NCBI RefSeq assembly: GCF_036568125.1
Contig: NZ_DATCTF010000006.1
Location: 44,082-108,081, forward strand
DNA: 64,000 nt
Reading direction: 5' to 3'
From: Magnetovibrio sp.
Lineage (GTDB): Bacteria > Pseudomonadota > Alphaproteobacteria > Rhodospirillales > Magnetovibrionaceae
In this document: piece after piece, positions 41,750 through 52,992 of the stretch
Position numbering within the stretch: the stretch's first letter is position 1
Layout of the letters: each line of letters starts with the position of its first letter
Translations under genes and position numbers: made by a program
Notes under the pieces: generated by a model
What the model saw: the letters and a program-made list of their open reading frames with translations, nothing else
What the model was told of the DNA's origin: nothing
The model's database searches: none

Positions 41750-42811
41750 ATGGCTGAGGAAGACGACTCCCAAAAAACAGAAGACCCGACCGCCCGAAAA
41801 CTCTCCAAAGCACGAGAAAAGGGACAGGTCGGGACTTCGCAGGAAGTCAAAAGCTGGGCCATTTTGTTGGGCGCCGCGATGGGCTTAGCCGTATTGGCGC
41901 CGTGGACCATGTCGCACATCGCGGGCTATGCGGTGGGTTTCCTCCAACATATTGAGGACATTTCCGTTACGCGTGGGTCTGTGCCGTTGTTGATGGGCGA
42001 TGTTTTCTTGGAATTGGGTATCGTTCTGTCGCCGCTGTTCGCCATGCTATTGATTTTGGCCTTCGTCGCCAACGTGGCGCAAACAGGTTTTTTGATGGCG
42101 CCGAGTAAGTTGGTGCCATCACTTGATAAAATATCCATCATTAAGGGCGTCAAGCGCATGTTCTCGCTGCGCTCGGTGATCGAATTTCTCAAGGGTTTGT
42201 TCAAACTGACGGTGATGGCGTTCGTGTGTTTTTCCATGACGCTGCCGTGGATGACGGATCTGCCCGTGATGGCCGATCACGACATCATGGACGTCTTGGA
42301 CCGCATCTATTTCGTCTCGCTGAGCATTGCTGCGGGGGCGGTGATGGTGATGTTCGTGGTCGCCGTTTTGGACTTTTCCTATCAAAAGTTCGAATTCACC
42401 AAATCGATGCGCATGAGCCGCCAAGAGGTCAAGGACGAGCACAAAGACACCGAAGGCGACCCCCACGTCAAAGCGCGTATTCGTAAAATCAGGACGGAAC
42501 GCGCCCAGCAGCGCATGATGGCCAACGTGCCGAACGCCGACGTGGTGATCACCAACCCGACCCACTTTGCGGTGGCGTTGGAGTATAAGATGGAAAACAT
42601 GCAAGCGCCGAAGTTGGTTGCCAAAGGCGTGGATTCTCTGGCACTTAAGATCAGGGAAGTCGCCGAAGAAAACGAAGTGCCGATCGTCGAGAACCCGCCG
42701 TTGGCGCGCGCGCTCTATGCGGCCGTGGAGTTGGACGAGGAAATTCCCGTCGAGCACTATCAGGCGGTGGCCGAGATCATCGGTTATATTATGCGTTTGA
42801 AGGGGAAGTAA
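41750..42811 (+). CDS. flhB: flagellar export switch protein FlhB
   Basis: SQKTEDPTARKLSKAREKGQV, SRQEVKDEHKDTEGDPHVK and the autocleavage site VVITNPTHFAVAL. Confidence 0.95.
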   Translation: MAEEDDSQKTEDPTARKLSKAREKGQVGTSQEVKSWAILLGAAMGLAVLAPWTMSHIAGYAVGFLQHIEDISVTRGSVPLLMGDVFLELGIVLSPLFAMLLILAFVANVAQTGFLMAPSKLVPSLDKISIIKGVKRMFSLRSVIEFLKGLFKLTVMAFVCFSMTLPWMTDLPVMADHDIMDVLDRIYFVSLSIAAGAVMVMFVVAVLDFSYQKFEFTKSMRMSRQEVKDEHKDTEGDPHVKARIRKIRTERAQQRMMANVPNADVVITNPTHFAVALEYKMENMQAPKLVAKGVDSLALKIREVAEENEVPIVENPPLARALYAAVELDEEIPVEHYQAVAEIIGYIMRLKGK

Positions 42812-42815
42812 TCTG

Positions 42816-45545
42816 GTGGCCTTGGACAAACCATCCACTGAGAGCGAAGCAACGGATAGCGCGGCGCCCGACGGAGGCGCGGCTACTGCGCCAAACGTGC
42901 TGCGCGACGGCCCCAAGCCACCCATCGCCCCGATCACGGTGCCGTCCCAAGCCCAAGACGATGGGGGACCTCAAGGCCCGGGGGCGGAGCGTTTTCGCCC
43001 GCCGCGCGGCCCCAATCCACTTGCGTTCGGCTTGCCGGCGTTGGTGTTCGGCGGGTTGCGCGTGGCCATGGAAATGGGTGTGTTCATCCCCCAAGATTTC
43101 GCCCTCGACGGTCCGATGGTCGGCCACACCACGTTGGCCCTGGGCGCGGCGTTCACTGTAGCGTTCGCGTGGAGCCTCGGGCGGCGTTCGCGCAGCGACG
43201 AAGAGGCTGCGCTGGTGCATCTCGCCGCAGGCGAAACCGGTTCGCCCTTGATGTTGAGCAACGCCCAAGGCCGGGTGCTTTACGCCAATCAAGCGTTTCG
43301 CAGTTTGTTCCAGCGCAATGCGGCGGCGGAAATCCCCAACGCGTTACGTTTTTTCGAACAGGATGCGGACTCGCCGCTCACCGTACGGCGGATGCTCGCC
43401 GCCGCCGCCAGTGGCGCAAAAGACTGGGCGGAACTGCCGTTTGCGTTGATCGGCGGCGCCAAGTCGTGGTGGCAGTTGGCCGCGCGTCCGGCGGGCGGTC
43501 CACGTAGCGGATTGGTGTGCTGGACCGCGCGTGATGTCACCGCACGGCGTGAACTCGACGAAGTGCGCCGCGCCGAAGAGGCCGTGCTGGCCGACCTGCT
43601 CGACAATCTGCCGGTGGGCTTCTTTTCGGTCGACGGCACCGGGCGCATGGTCTACGCCAATGAAACCTTGTGCAAATGGCTTGGAATTCGCCTCAGCGAC
43701 ATTCGTGACCAAGGCTTGGGGTTTGCTGAATTCGTCGCCGAATTGATGCCCAGCGACGATCCCGATGACGACGGTGATAATGGTCAGGTGATCTTGCAAC
43801 CACGCGACGGACTTTCGTTCAAGGCGTTCTTGTTGCAGTCGGGGCGCACCGGCGACAGTGGCGAATTGCTCTACACCCGTTCCATCGTGGTGCGTGATCT
43901 GGTCAAGAAACAACCGCCGCCGGAAACCGCAGTGGTGGCGCATCCGGGCGCGGACGAGGACCTGTCCGACATCGCGCGGCGCTTGTACTGGCTGTTCGAC
44001 GAAGCCCCGGTGGCCATTGCGATGTTGGACATGAAGGCCAACATCACCGATTGCAACGGCGCGTTCCTCAAGATGCTGGGGCTGCACAAGGACGATGTCC
44101 AGGGACTGCCGTTCACCGAACGCCTGGCCAAGGAAGACCGCGGCGAGGTCGGCGGGCAGTTGTCCAAGGTGGTGATGGGCATCATGCGCGCGGCGCATTT
44201 GGATGTGCGCATGCCGGCGCGCGGCGGCCGGGAAATCACCGCATCGCTGTACGCGTCGCGCATGGAAGACGGCTTCGGCGAGGTCACCGGCCTGATCTTG
44301 CACTTCATCGACACCACCGAACACAAGCACCTAGAAGTGCAGTTCGCCCAGTCGCAAAAAATGCAGTCCATCGGCCAGTTGGCAGGTGGAATCGCCCATG
44401 ATTTTAACAACCTGCTGACGGCTATGATCGGCTTTTCCGATCTGCTTCTGACCCGTCACGGGCCCGAAGACCCGTCGTTCAACGACATCAACCAGATCCG
44501 CCAAAATGCGGTGCGCGCCACGTCCTTGGTACGTCAATTGTTAGCATTCTCGCGCAAGCAGACGCTGGAGCCGCAAATCATCGAACCGAAGGAAAAACTT
44601 TCGGAGTTGTCGGAAGTTTTGAGCCGCCTGCTCGGTCCGACCATCGACCTCAACATCGAACACAGCCGCGATCTGGGCGCCATTCGCGTCGACCCGACCC
44701 AGTTCGATCAGGTGATCTTGAACTTGGCGGTGAACGCCCGTGATGCCATGCCCGGCGGTGGCACGCTGACCATTCGCACCGCCAACTTGTCGCTGGACGA
44801 ACCGGTCCAGCGCGGCATGGAACTGGTGCCCGCTGGCGAGTATGTGACGCTTGACGTTATCGACACCGGCGAAGGCATTCGCAAGGAAGACATGTCGCGC
44901 ATTTTCGAGCCGTTCTTTTCCACCAAGGAAGTCGGCGAGGGCACGGGGTTGGGGCTGTCCACGGTCTACGGCATCGTCCATCAGACCGGCGGCCATGTGT
45001 TCGTCGACAGCGCGCCGGGCGAAGGTGCGGCGTTCACCGTGTGTCTGCCGCGGTATTTCGAAGAGGACGCCGCCACTGCAACTGCGATTGCGGAGACGCC
45101 AGCCGAAACCGTACCCGATGGCGCACCGGAACCGGAACTCAAGGCCGAACGCGAGGGCATTGACGGCGATCTCACCGGGGTGGGTACCATCTTGCTGGTC
45201 GAAGACGAGGACGCGGTGCGCATGTTCGGTTCGCGCGCGCTGCGCAACAAGGGCTATACGGTGCTCGAAGCCGCCAACGGCGAAGAGGCGCTGGAAGTCA
45301 TCAACGCCACCGATAAGCAGATCGACCTGATCGTCACCGACGTGGTGATGCCGGGCATGGACGGCCACACCCTGGTGCAGTTCGTGCGCCAGGAAATGCC
45401 GGACATGAAGGTGATCTTGATCTCGGGCTTTGCCGAAAACGTCATCCCCGGCGGCATCCCCGCCGACAGCAGCTTCCACTTCCTGCCCAAGCCGTTTTCG
45501 CTCAAAGACTTGGCGGCGAAGGTCAAGGGTGTGCTGGCGGAATAA
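42816..45545 (+). CDS. hybrid sensor histidine kinase/response regulator with two TM segments and PAS domains (CckA-like architecture and synteny)
   Basis: H-box GGIAHDFNNLLTAMIG, N/G boxes NLAVNARDAM, DTGEGI and GTGLGLS. C-terminal receiver ILLVEDEDAVR...LIVTDVVMPGMDG...LPKPF. GTG start 4 nt after flhB. Confidence 0.85.
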   Translation: MALDKPSTESEATDSAAPDGGAATAPNVLRDGPKPPIAPITVPSQAQDDGGPQGPGAERFRPPRGPNPLAFGLPALVFGGLRVAMEMGVFIPQDFALDGPMVGHTTLALGAAFTVAFAWSLGRRSRSDEEAALVHLAAGETGSPLMLSNAQGRVLYANQAFRSLFQRNAAAEIPNALRFFEQDADSPLTVRRMLAAAASGAKDWAELPFALIGGAKSWWQLAARPAGGPRSGLVCWTARDVTARRELDEVRRAEEAVLADLLDNLPVGFFSVDGTGRMVYANETLCKWLGIRLSDIRDQGLGFAEFVAELMPSDDPDDDGDNGQVILQPRDGLSFKAFLLQSGRTGDSGELLYTRSIVVRDLVKKQPPPETAVVAHPGADEDLSDIARRLYWLFDEAPVAIAMLDMKANITDCNGAFLKMLGLHKDDVQGLPFTERLAKEDRGEVGGQLSKVVMGIMRAAHLDVRMPARGGREITASLYASRMEDGFGEVTGLILHFIDTTEHKHLEVQFAQSQKMQSIGQLAGGIAHDFNNLLTAMIGFSDLLLTRHGPEDPSFNDINQIRQNAVRATSLVRQLLAFSRKQTLEPQIIEPKEKLSELSEVLSRLLGPTIDLNIEHSRDLGAIRVDPTQFDQVILNLAVNARDAMPGGGTLTIRTANLSLDEPVQRGMELVPAGEYVTLDVIDTGEGIRKEDMSRIFEPFFSTKEVGEGTGLGLSTVYGIVHQTGGHVFVDSAPGEGAAFTVCLPRYFEEDAATATAIAETPAETVPDGAPEPELKAEREGIDGDLTGVGTILLVEDEDAVRMFGSRALRNKGYTVLEAANGEEALEVINATDKQIDLIVTDVVMPGMDGHTLVQFVRQEMPDMKVILISGFAENVIPGGIPADSSFHFLPKPFSLKDLAAKVKGVLAE

Positions 45546-45554
45546 AACGGAACT

Positions 45555-46040
45555 CTATCGCAAAAAGCTTGCGGACTGCGTTTGGACAAATTCGAGAATA
45601 TATTTCTTCGCAGGTTTGAAGAACACCAAACCCAGATGGCCGACGATCACCACAAGGGTGAATTCGGCCACGCCTTCATGCAGGTCCTTGGTGAAAGGCA
45701 GCAGTTCGGCAAGCCAACCGGTCGCGGCGGCAAGGCCGATGATGCCCAGAAGCGCGGTGGCGAACCATGCATAAAGCGGATTGCGCGCTTTGGCGCCGCT
45801 TGAAACGCGTTCCCACCACAGCCGGGTAGCATCCATCGGATTGCTCAGGGCGAGCGGCGATTTGTCGCGCGCCATCCAACCGAGCAGCACGCGCACCGCA
45901 ACCGCGCCCAGCACCACGGTGCCGGAAAACATGTGCATGGCGTACACGTCTTCGGTGACGTAGGCGACGATGAAACCGCCGGAAAATATGGCGTGCCAAA
46001 ACCTCAGAAACTGGGTTTGAAAACGGTTAGAAATGCGCAT
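45555..46040 (-). CDS. cytochrome b561/Ni-Fe-hydrogenase b-type cytochrome-like membrane protein (putative)
   Basis: Four predicted TM helices with conserved-position His residues (RFWHAIF..., MHMFSG..., LHEGVAEFTLVVIVGHLG). Confidence 0.55.
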   Translation of the reverse strand: MRISNRFQTQFLRFWHAIFSGGFIVAYVTEDVYAMHMFSGTVVLGAVAVRVLLGWMARDKSPLALSNPMDATRLWWERVSSGAKARNPLYAWFATALLGIIGLAAATGWLAELLPFTKDLHEGVAEFTLVVIVGHLGLVFFKPAKKYILEFVQTQSASFLR

Positions 46041-46056
46041 CGGTTCAGACGCTTGT

Positions 46057-46161
46057 TTAAGCGACGCCCAAGGCGCGCGCCGTAATGACCATGAAACCGC
46101 CGGAAATTACACTGATGGCGATACCTGCGATCAAGGTGTCCTGCATCATTTTCTTCAGCAT
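46057..46161 (-). CDS. candidate 34-aa hydrophobic micro-protein (MLKKMMQDTLIAGIAISVISGGFMVITARALGVA)
   Basis: ATG preceded by AGGAG with a 7-nt spacer. One TM-like helix. Ends 16 nt upstream of the cytochrome-b-like gene. Below the ORF-track length cut-off. Confidence 0.3.
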   Translation of the reverse strand: MLKKMMQDTLIAGIAISVISGGFMVITARALGVA

Positions 46162-46253
46162 GGGGTAGCTCCTATGACGATGTTTGCTGATTTCGCAAAT
46201 CTAGCAAGGTGTCACTGAACGGCTACTGAAGGAGAAATTCAGATTGAGTTCAT

Positions 46254-46299
46254 AAAAAAAATGACACGAGACCACACCGCAAAGCGGGGATCGCGTGTC
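46254..46299 (-). terminator. rho-independent terminator after the MCP gene
   Basis: The minus strand reads GACACGCGA...TCTCGTGTC (9-bp stem, one mismatch), followed by ATTTTTTTT. Confidence 0.65.
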
Positions 46300-46324
46300 G
46301 TTTTAAAGAAGCGTCTGCCCGAAC

Positions 46325-47653
46325 TTAATGCCCGAGTTCGCGCGCCAGTTCGTCAAGCAAGCTGAGCACCTCTTTCGAGGCCGCTTCCATGCTGCCCGCT
46401 GCTGCCAGCGCACCGTCCATATCGCCGCTGTGCATACACTGCAGGGCTTCTTTGCCGTACTTGTGGACGCGGGCGTGCGGATCTTCCATGTTCTTGTAAG
46501 CGTGGGTGTTTTTGATTTCGGGCTCGCTCACGGCGTAATACCATTTGCCCAGTCGGCAATTGTGATGGTCAGCCAAGTCGTCGGCACCCAGCGACTTGCG
46601 TCCGATCAACGTATCCATGACGTTTTTCTTGAACGTGGTGTGGTCGGATTTGGCCAGATAAACGACCTTGTAAGAAATGTCGCGCGCCCCGAGAAGCTGT
46701 ACGCGATCGACGATCACGCCGTTGGCCTTGTCCATGGCGTCGGCGACGCGGCTGATCTCTTCGGAGTTGCGCCGCGACATGTCGGCAATCATGGTTACAC
46801 CTTGGGCGACCTCGGTCGAGGCTTCGCTTTGCTGCGCCAGAATCGAGGAAATGTCTTGCATCTTCGATGTCACGCCGGCGATTTGTTCGCCGATGGCGCG
46901 CATGCCGTCGCCAGTCGCGGCGATGACTTCCTCGCCTTCTTGCACCGCTTTGGCACCGGCTTCCATGGAGGTCACGATGGTCGACATTTCTGTGCGCAGA
47001 TGGCCGATGCGCGTGCGGATGTCGTCGGTCGATTTTGCAGTCTGGTTAGCGAGGTTCTTCACTTCACCGGCGACCACGGCGAAGCCCTTGCCGGCTTCGC
47101 CCGCGCGCGCCGCTTCGATGGTTGCGTTCAAGGCCAACAGGTTGGTTTGTTTGGCGATGGCTTCGATGCTTTCGACGATTTGACCGATCTGGGCAGAGGC
47201 TTCGGCTAGGCTGTCGACCTGTGCCGCGGCGTCTTTCACCGCACGGGCGATGTTGTGCATGGTTTCCACCGCCAATTCGGCCGACTTCAAGCCATCGTGG
47301 GCGCTGGCTTCGACGGTGTTGGCGTCCGCGGCGGCGGCTTCGCTGGTGTGGGCGATGTCTCTAACGGACGCGACCATTTCTTCAGCGGCCGCAGCAATGG
47401 CCTGGGAGCGATTGTTGACTTCGTGAACGTCGCGGGTCATTTCCGCGATGGAAACCATGGCGTCGCCGCATTCGACGGCCACCTGAATCGAGCCCTTAAG
47501 GTTGTCGCGATCATTCTCTTCCAAAACTGCGGCGAGTTTGTCGACCGTCGGTCCGCTGCCTTCGCTATGTCCGGTGGTTTTGGCTTGTTCATACGCCCCT
47601 TCGGCCAGAAGCTTGATGACGTTGTCGCTGCACTTTTCGCTGTTCTCGGACAT
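46325..47653 (-). CDS. soluble methyl-accepting chemotaxis protein with C-terminal CZB (chemoreceptor zinc-binding) domain
   Basis: Signalling hairpin [35 protein letters not shown]. No TM segment. C-terminal [11 protein letters not shown]...H...H...C motif typical of CZB. Confidence 0.9.
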   Translation of the reverse strand: MSENSEKCSDNVIKLLAEGAYEQAKTTGHSEGSGPTVDKLAAVLEENDRDNLKGSIQVAVECGDAMVSIAEMTRDVHEVNNRSQAIAAAAEEMVASVRDIAHTSEAAAADANTVEASAHDGLKSAELAVETMHNIARAVKDAAAQVDSLAEASAQIGQIVESIEAIAKQTNLLALNATIEAARAGEAGKGFAVVAGEVKNLANQTAKSTDDIRTRIGHLRTEMSTIVTSMEAGAKAVQEGEEVIAATGDGMRAIGEQIAGVTSKMQDISSILAQQSEASTEVAQGVTMIADMSRRNSEEISRVADAMDKANGVIVDRVQLLGARDISYKVVYLAKSDHTTFKKNVMDTLIGRKSLGADDLADHHNCRLGKWYYAVSEPEIKNTHAYKNMEDPHARVHKYGKEALQCMHSGDMDGALAAAGSMEAASKEVLSLLDELARELGH

Positions 47654-47955
47654 GACGTTCCCTTCTATCAGAAGCTATTTTCGAACATTGTACATCCTTT
47701 GTACGTGCAAAAACATACCCTTAATTCATATTATTTTTGTATGGATCGGTCTGTTCGATACACCTCCATGAGTGATGTCGCGTATAGAAATGCAGCGCTC
47801 TTGGGCCGTGGTATGGCGGAGCGTTTGACGTCGCCTTTTCCTGAAAGGAGTAACGGGCGATATCTCCGCAGTGCCGTCATGGTTGGCGGGCCGATTCGAT
47901 CTATATCGGAATGTGCTGCTTGATTTGCGGCGCGTGTGTTTTTGATAAAAAATGT

Positions 47956-48038
47956 GAACATGATGAGAACATGATGCAAAAAATATATTAATATCAGTAA
48001 GTTAAAATTTTACTGGACAATGAGAACAAAGTGAGTAC
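47956..48038 (+). promoter_or_regulatory. two alphaproteobacterial LexA (SOS) boxes upstream of recA
   Basis: GAACATGATGAGAAC (47956-47970, exact GAAC-N7-GAAC) and GAACAAAGTGAGTAC (48024-48038, one mismatch). Confidence 0.6.
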
Positions 48039-48091
48039 ATCCTGACTTCATTGAACAACGCAAACCTCTATGAAACATTGGAGTGGGGATC

Positions 48092-49189
<1,098 letters not shown>

Positions 49190-49431
49190 TCCGGCTCCTT
49201 ACAGCCTTATTTTGCCGCATGATCCCCATGCGCTGTGCGCGGCCCCAAAGAGCGACGCTTCGTCGCCCGTTGGGGCCGTCGTCGCACTGTGGGTAACGTG
49301 TTGAGAGCCAAAGGCGGTTGGCGTGGTGGACAGGCTATCAGAACCCCTGTAAAAGCAATTCTTTGTGTCGCCGGGCTTGTCCGGGGGCGCAGTGAAAATG
49401 TGTGAGCACGAACCAGTCGGACTGAAACCAG

Positions 49432-52080
49432 ATGCAAACCGCCAACGATATCCGCAAGGCTTTCCTCGATTTCTTTGCCAAAAACGGCCACGAAGTGGTT
49501 TCGTCGAGCCCGCTCGTGCCGCACAACGATCCGACCTTGATGTTCACCAACGCCGGCATGGTGCAGTTCAAGAACGTCTTCACCGGCATGGAAACGCGCG
49601 ACTACACTCGCGCCACCACGTCGCAAAAATGCGTGCGCGCCGGCGGTAAGCACAACGACTTGGAAAACGTCGGCCACACCGCGCGTCATCACACGTTCTT
49701 CGAAATGCTCGGCAACTTTTCGTTCGGCGATTATTTCAAGGACGACGCCATCGATCTGGCGTGGAAACTGATCACCAAGGATTACGGCATCGACCCCAGC
49801 CGCTTGCTGGTCACCGTCTACCACACCGACGACGAGGCCTTCGATATCTGGAAGAAAGTCGCGGGACTGCCCGATGAGCGCATCATCCGCATTCCCACCT
49901 CGGACAACTTCTGGTCCATGGGCGATACCGGCCCGTGCGGCCCGTGTTCGGAAATCTTTTACGATCATGGCGATCACATTGCCGGTGGCCCTCCGGGCTC
50001 GCCCGACGAGGATGGCGATCGCTTTGTCGAAATCTGGAACCTGGTGTTCATGCAGTACGAACAACAGGCAAACGGCGAGCGGATCGAGCTGCCCAAACCG
50101 TCGATCGACACCGGTATGGGCCTGGAACGCATCGCCGCGGTGATGCAGGGCACCCACGACAACTACGATACCGATTTGATGCGCGCGCTGATCTTGGCTT
50201 CGGCCGACGCCACCGGTACGGACCCGGACGGCGACCACAGGGTTTCGCATCGGGTGATCGCGGACCATCTACGCGCCACCGCGTTTTTGATCGCCGACGG
50301 CGTGCTGCCGAGCAACGAAGGTCGTGGTTACGTTTTGCGCCGCATCATGCGCCGCGCCATGCGCCATGCCCACATGATGGGCGCGTCGGAACCGCTGATC
50401 TATAAACTGTTCCCGGCACTGCAGGCGAAAATGGCCGGCGCGTTCCCGGAATTGAACCGCGCCGAAGCGCTGATCACCGAAACGCTCAAGCTGGAAGAAA
50501 CCCGCTTCAAGAAGACCCTGGAACGCGGTCTCAAGCTGCTCGACGAAGCCACCGACGGCATGCAAACGGGGGGCGAGCTGGATGGCGAAACCGCGTTTAA
50601 GCTTTACGACACGTACGGTTTCCCCCTGGACCTGACCCAAGACGCGTTGCGCTCCAAGGGCATTCAGGTCGACGAAGCCGGCTTCAACAGCGCCATGGAG
50701 CAGCAAAAGGCCGCCGCCCGCGCCAGCTGGTCTGGGTCCGGTGAAGCGGCCACGGAAGAGTTGTGGTTCGACATCAAAGACGATGTCGGCGCGACCGATT
50801 TCCTCGGCTACAAAACCGAAACCGCGCAGGGGCAAGTCACCGCCATCGTCATGAGCGGCGAACGCGTCGATGAGGCGTGCGTCGGCGACGAAGTCTTGGT
50901 GGTGTGCAACCAAACGCCGTTTTACGGTGAATCCGGCGGCCAGATGGGCGACATCGGGGAGATGTGTGGCGATGGTGTCGGTGTCGAAGTGACGGACACG
51001 CAAAAGAAGCTCGGCGACATCACCGTTCATGTCTGTAAGGTCGTCGAAGGCGCGCTGAAGGTCGGTGACGAGGTGGCGCTGAACGTCAATCACGGCCACC
51101 GCGCCGCGACCCGCGCCAACCATTCCGCCACGCATCTGCTGCATGCGGCGTTGCGACTGGAACTGGGCGATCACGTTACGCAGAAGGGCTCGATGGTGTC
51201 TGCGGAACGTCTGCGCTTCGACATCAGCCAGCCGGTGGCGGTGAGCGCCGAACAAATTTCCGACGTTGAGCTTATGGTCAACGGTCAAGTGCGCGCCAAT
51301 ACCGCGGTCACCACCCGTCTGATGGCCCCCGAAGAGGCCGTCGAAGCGGGCGCGATGGCGCTGTTCGGCGAAAAATACGGCGACGAAGTCCGGGTCGTGT
51401 CGATGGGCACCGAAACCGAAAATGGCGGCAAGGACTTCTCTATCGAACTGTGCGGCGGTACCCACGTCAACCGCACCGGCGACATCGGGTTGTTGAAAAT
51501 CGTCTCCGAAAGCGCGGTCGCCGCTGGCGTGCGGCGTATCGAGGCGCTGACCGGCGCGGCTGCGGTCGCGTACATGGAAGCCCAGGAAGCAACCTTGCAG
51601 GCTGCGGCTGCGGTGTTGAAATCGTCGCCCGCCGACGTGCCGACGCGGGTTCAGAACTTGGTCGAAGAGCGCAAGAAGATGGAACGCGAAATCGCCGACC
51701 TGCGCAAGAAACTGGCATCCGGCGGTGGCGCCGGCGGCGGTCTCGAAACCAAGGACATCGGCGGCGTGACCTTCGCGCCGAAGCTGTTGGAAGACGTGTC
51801 GGGCAAAGAACTCAAGGGCTTGGCCGACGATCTCAAGGCGCAGATCAAATCCGGCGTGGTGGCTTTGGTTGCGGTGGCGGACGGCAAGGCATCCTTGGTG
51901 GTCGGCGTCACCGACGACTTGATCGATAAGATCAGCGCGGTCGATCTGGTGCGCGCCGGTTCCGCCGTGGTCGGTGGCAAGGGCGGTGGCGGGCGTGCCG
52001 ACATGGCCCAAGCGGGCGGCCCCGACGGCGACAAGGCTCAAGCCGCGTTGGACGCCATCGAAGCCGCGCTCGGCGCCTAA
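49432..52080 (+). CDS. alaS: alanine--tRNA ligase
   Basis: [56 protein letters not shown] and the C-terminal DHHA1-like [12 protein letters not shown]. Confidence 0.98.
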   Translation: MQTANDIRKAFLDFFAKNGHEVVSSSPLVPHNDPTLMFTNAGMVQFKNVFTGMETRDYTRATTSQKCVRAGGKHNDLENVGHTARHHTFFEMLGNFSFGDYFKDDAIDLAWKLITKDYGIDPSRLLVTVYHTDDEAFDIWKKVAGLPDERIIRIPTSDNFWSMGDTGPCGPCSEIFYDHGDHIAGGPPGSPDEDGDRFVEIWNLVFMQYEQQANGERIELPKPSIDTGMGLERIAAVMQGTHDNYDTDLMRALILASADATGTDPDGDHRVSHRVIADHLRATAFLIADGVLPSNEGRGYVLRRIMRRAMRHAHMMGASEPLIYKLFPALQAKMAGAFPELNRAEALITETLKLEETRFKKTLERGLKLLDEATDGMQTGGELDGETAFKLYDTYGFPLDLTQDALRSKGIQVDEAGFNSAMEQQKAAARASWSGSGEAATEELWFDIKDDVGATDFLGYKTETAQGQVTAIVMSGERVDEACVGDEVLVVCNQTPFYGESGGQMGDIGEMCGDGVGVEVTDTQKKLGDITVHVCKVVEGALKVGDEVALNVNHGHRAATRANHSATHLLHAALRLELGDHVTQKGSMVSAERLRFDISQPVAVSAEQISDVELMVNGQVRANTAVTTRLMAPEEAVEAGAMALFGEKYGDEVRVVSMGTETENGGKDFSIELCGGTHVNRTGDIGLLKIVSESAVAAGVRRIEALTGAAAVAYMEAQEATLQAAAAVLKSSPADVPTRVQNLVEERKKMEREIADLRKKLASGGGAGGGLETKDIGGVTFAPKLLEDVSGKELKGLADDLKAQIKSGVVALVAVADGKASLVVGVTDDLIDKISAVDLVRAGSAVVGGKGGGGRADMAQAGGPDGDKAQAALDAIEAALGA

Positions 52081-52089
52081 GGGCTTCAA

Positions 52090-52935
52090 TCATTTGCGGA
52101 AGTACTGTCCCGGCGTCACGCCGAGGGCTTTCTTGAACATGGCGATGAAGGCGCTCTGGCTGGCGTAGCCCAGATCCAGTGCGACGGATACCACCGGTTC
52201 GCCGTCTGCCAGACGTCCCAGCGCGGCCATCAGGCGCGCCTGCTGGCGCCATTGGCCGAAACTCATGCCGGTCTGTTCGGGAAACTGTCGCGCCAAGGTG
52301 CGTACGCTGACGCCGTAATGTTTTGCCCATTCGCTTTGGTTGCGGGTGTCGGCGGGGGCCTCGACGATGGCCTCGGCAATGCGTTTGAGACGCGCATCGC
52401 GGGGCATCGGCAGGTGCAACGGCACCTCTTTCAGGCTCTCCAGCATATCGATGATGACGGCGATCACGCGCCCCTCGGGGCCGTTGTCGTCGTAGCGATC
52501 CGCGAACCCGTTGGCGTGCAGGATCAATTCACGCAACAGCTTGGGCACCTCGACCACCGCGCAGGTCCTGGGCAGATTCGCCACCGTACCGGGGGTGACG
52601 AACAGGCTCGCCATTGCGGTGTCGGTGATGGCTTTGACGCCATGGTCCAAATTGCCCGGCACCCACACCGCGCGGTTGGGCGGCATCACCCACGCGCCAT
52701 GGGCCGTGGTCACCAACGCCAGCCCTTTGTGGGCGTACACCAACTGCCCGCGCCGGTGTCGGTGCAGAGGAACCTCTTCACCACGCACCATGTCATGGGG
52801 GCGAATGACGATGGGGCGGGGAACGTCCTCCCAATCGAGCAGGACCCCGGGAAGCGGATAAGGGTGATCTGTGTTTGGCATAAACTCGATACTTATTGTC
52901 ATAATGGCGTGTATCAGCCTATTGCCAAGCGGCAT
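52090..52935 (-). CDS. AraC-family transcriptional regulator (cupin N-domain plus HTH)
   Basis: C-terminal WAKHYGVSVRTLARQF...ALDLGYASQSAFIAMFKKALGVTPGQYF. Start uncertain (Met 1, 12 or 19). Confidence 0.85.
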   Translation of the reverse strand: MPLGNRLIHAIMTISIEFMPNTDHPYPLPGVLLDWEDVPRPIVIRPHDMVRGEEVPLHRHRRGQLVYAHKGLALVTTAHGAWVMPPNRAVWVPGNLDHGVKAITDTAMASLFVTPGTVANLPRTCAVVEVPKLLRELILHANGFADRYDDNGPEGRVIAVIIDMLESLKEVPLHLPMPRDARLKRIAEAIVEAPADTRNQSEWAKHYGVSVRTLARQFPEQTGMSFGQWRQQARLMAALGRLADGEPVVSVALDLGYASQSAFIAMFKKALGVTPGQYFRK

Positions 52936-52992
52936 ATTTTGGCAATGCTTTTAAACCATGCGCAGCACAAAGATGCTTCGGAGCCACCGCAA

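Noticed and set aside
49241-49277. Nested GC-rich hairpin (GGCCCCAA...GCGACG-CTTC-GTCGC...TTGGGGCC) after recA, considered as a REP-like element or terminator.
   Set aside because: There is no U-tract and no second copy in the window. It may still act as an mRNA stabiliser or terminator, but the evidence is insufficient to call it.
50269-52089. 606-aa ORF antisense to alaS. Similar long antisense ORFs: 48113..49021 (recA), 60662..61945 (pyk), 15822..16823 (ABC ATPase), 32647..34104 (1136-aa gene), 7926..9080 (flgL), 14178..15212 (flgE), 39336..40211 (flgB/flgC), 22013..23227 (flgA) and 52951..54063 (MFS).
   Set aside because: These are typical high-GC shadow ORFs. They are Arg/Gly/His/Asp-rich with no recognisable motifs. 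Each lies fully inside a confidently identified gene on the opposite strand.
52252-52992. N-terminal 247 codons of track ORF 52252..54219, which would make a 655-aa protein.
   Set aside because: This part is antisense to the AraC-family gene and has shadow-ORF composition. The membrane protein begins plausibly at the ATG at 52993 (MSERTTPF), in the divergent intergenic region.
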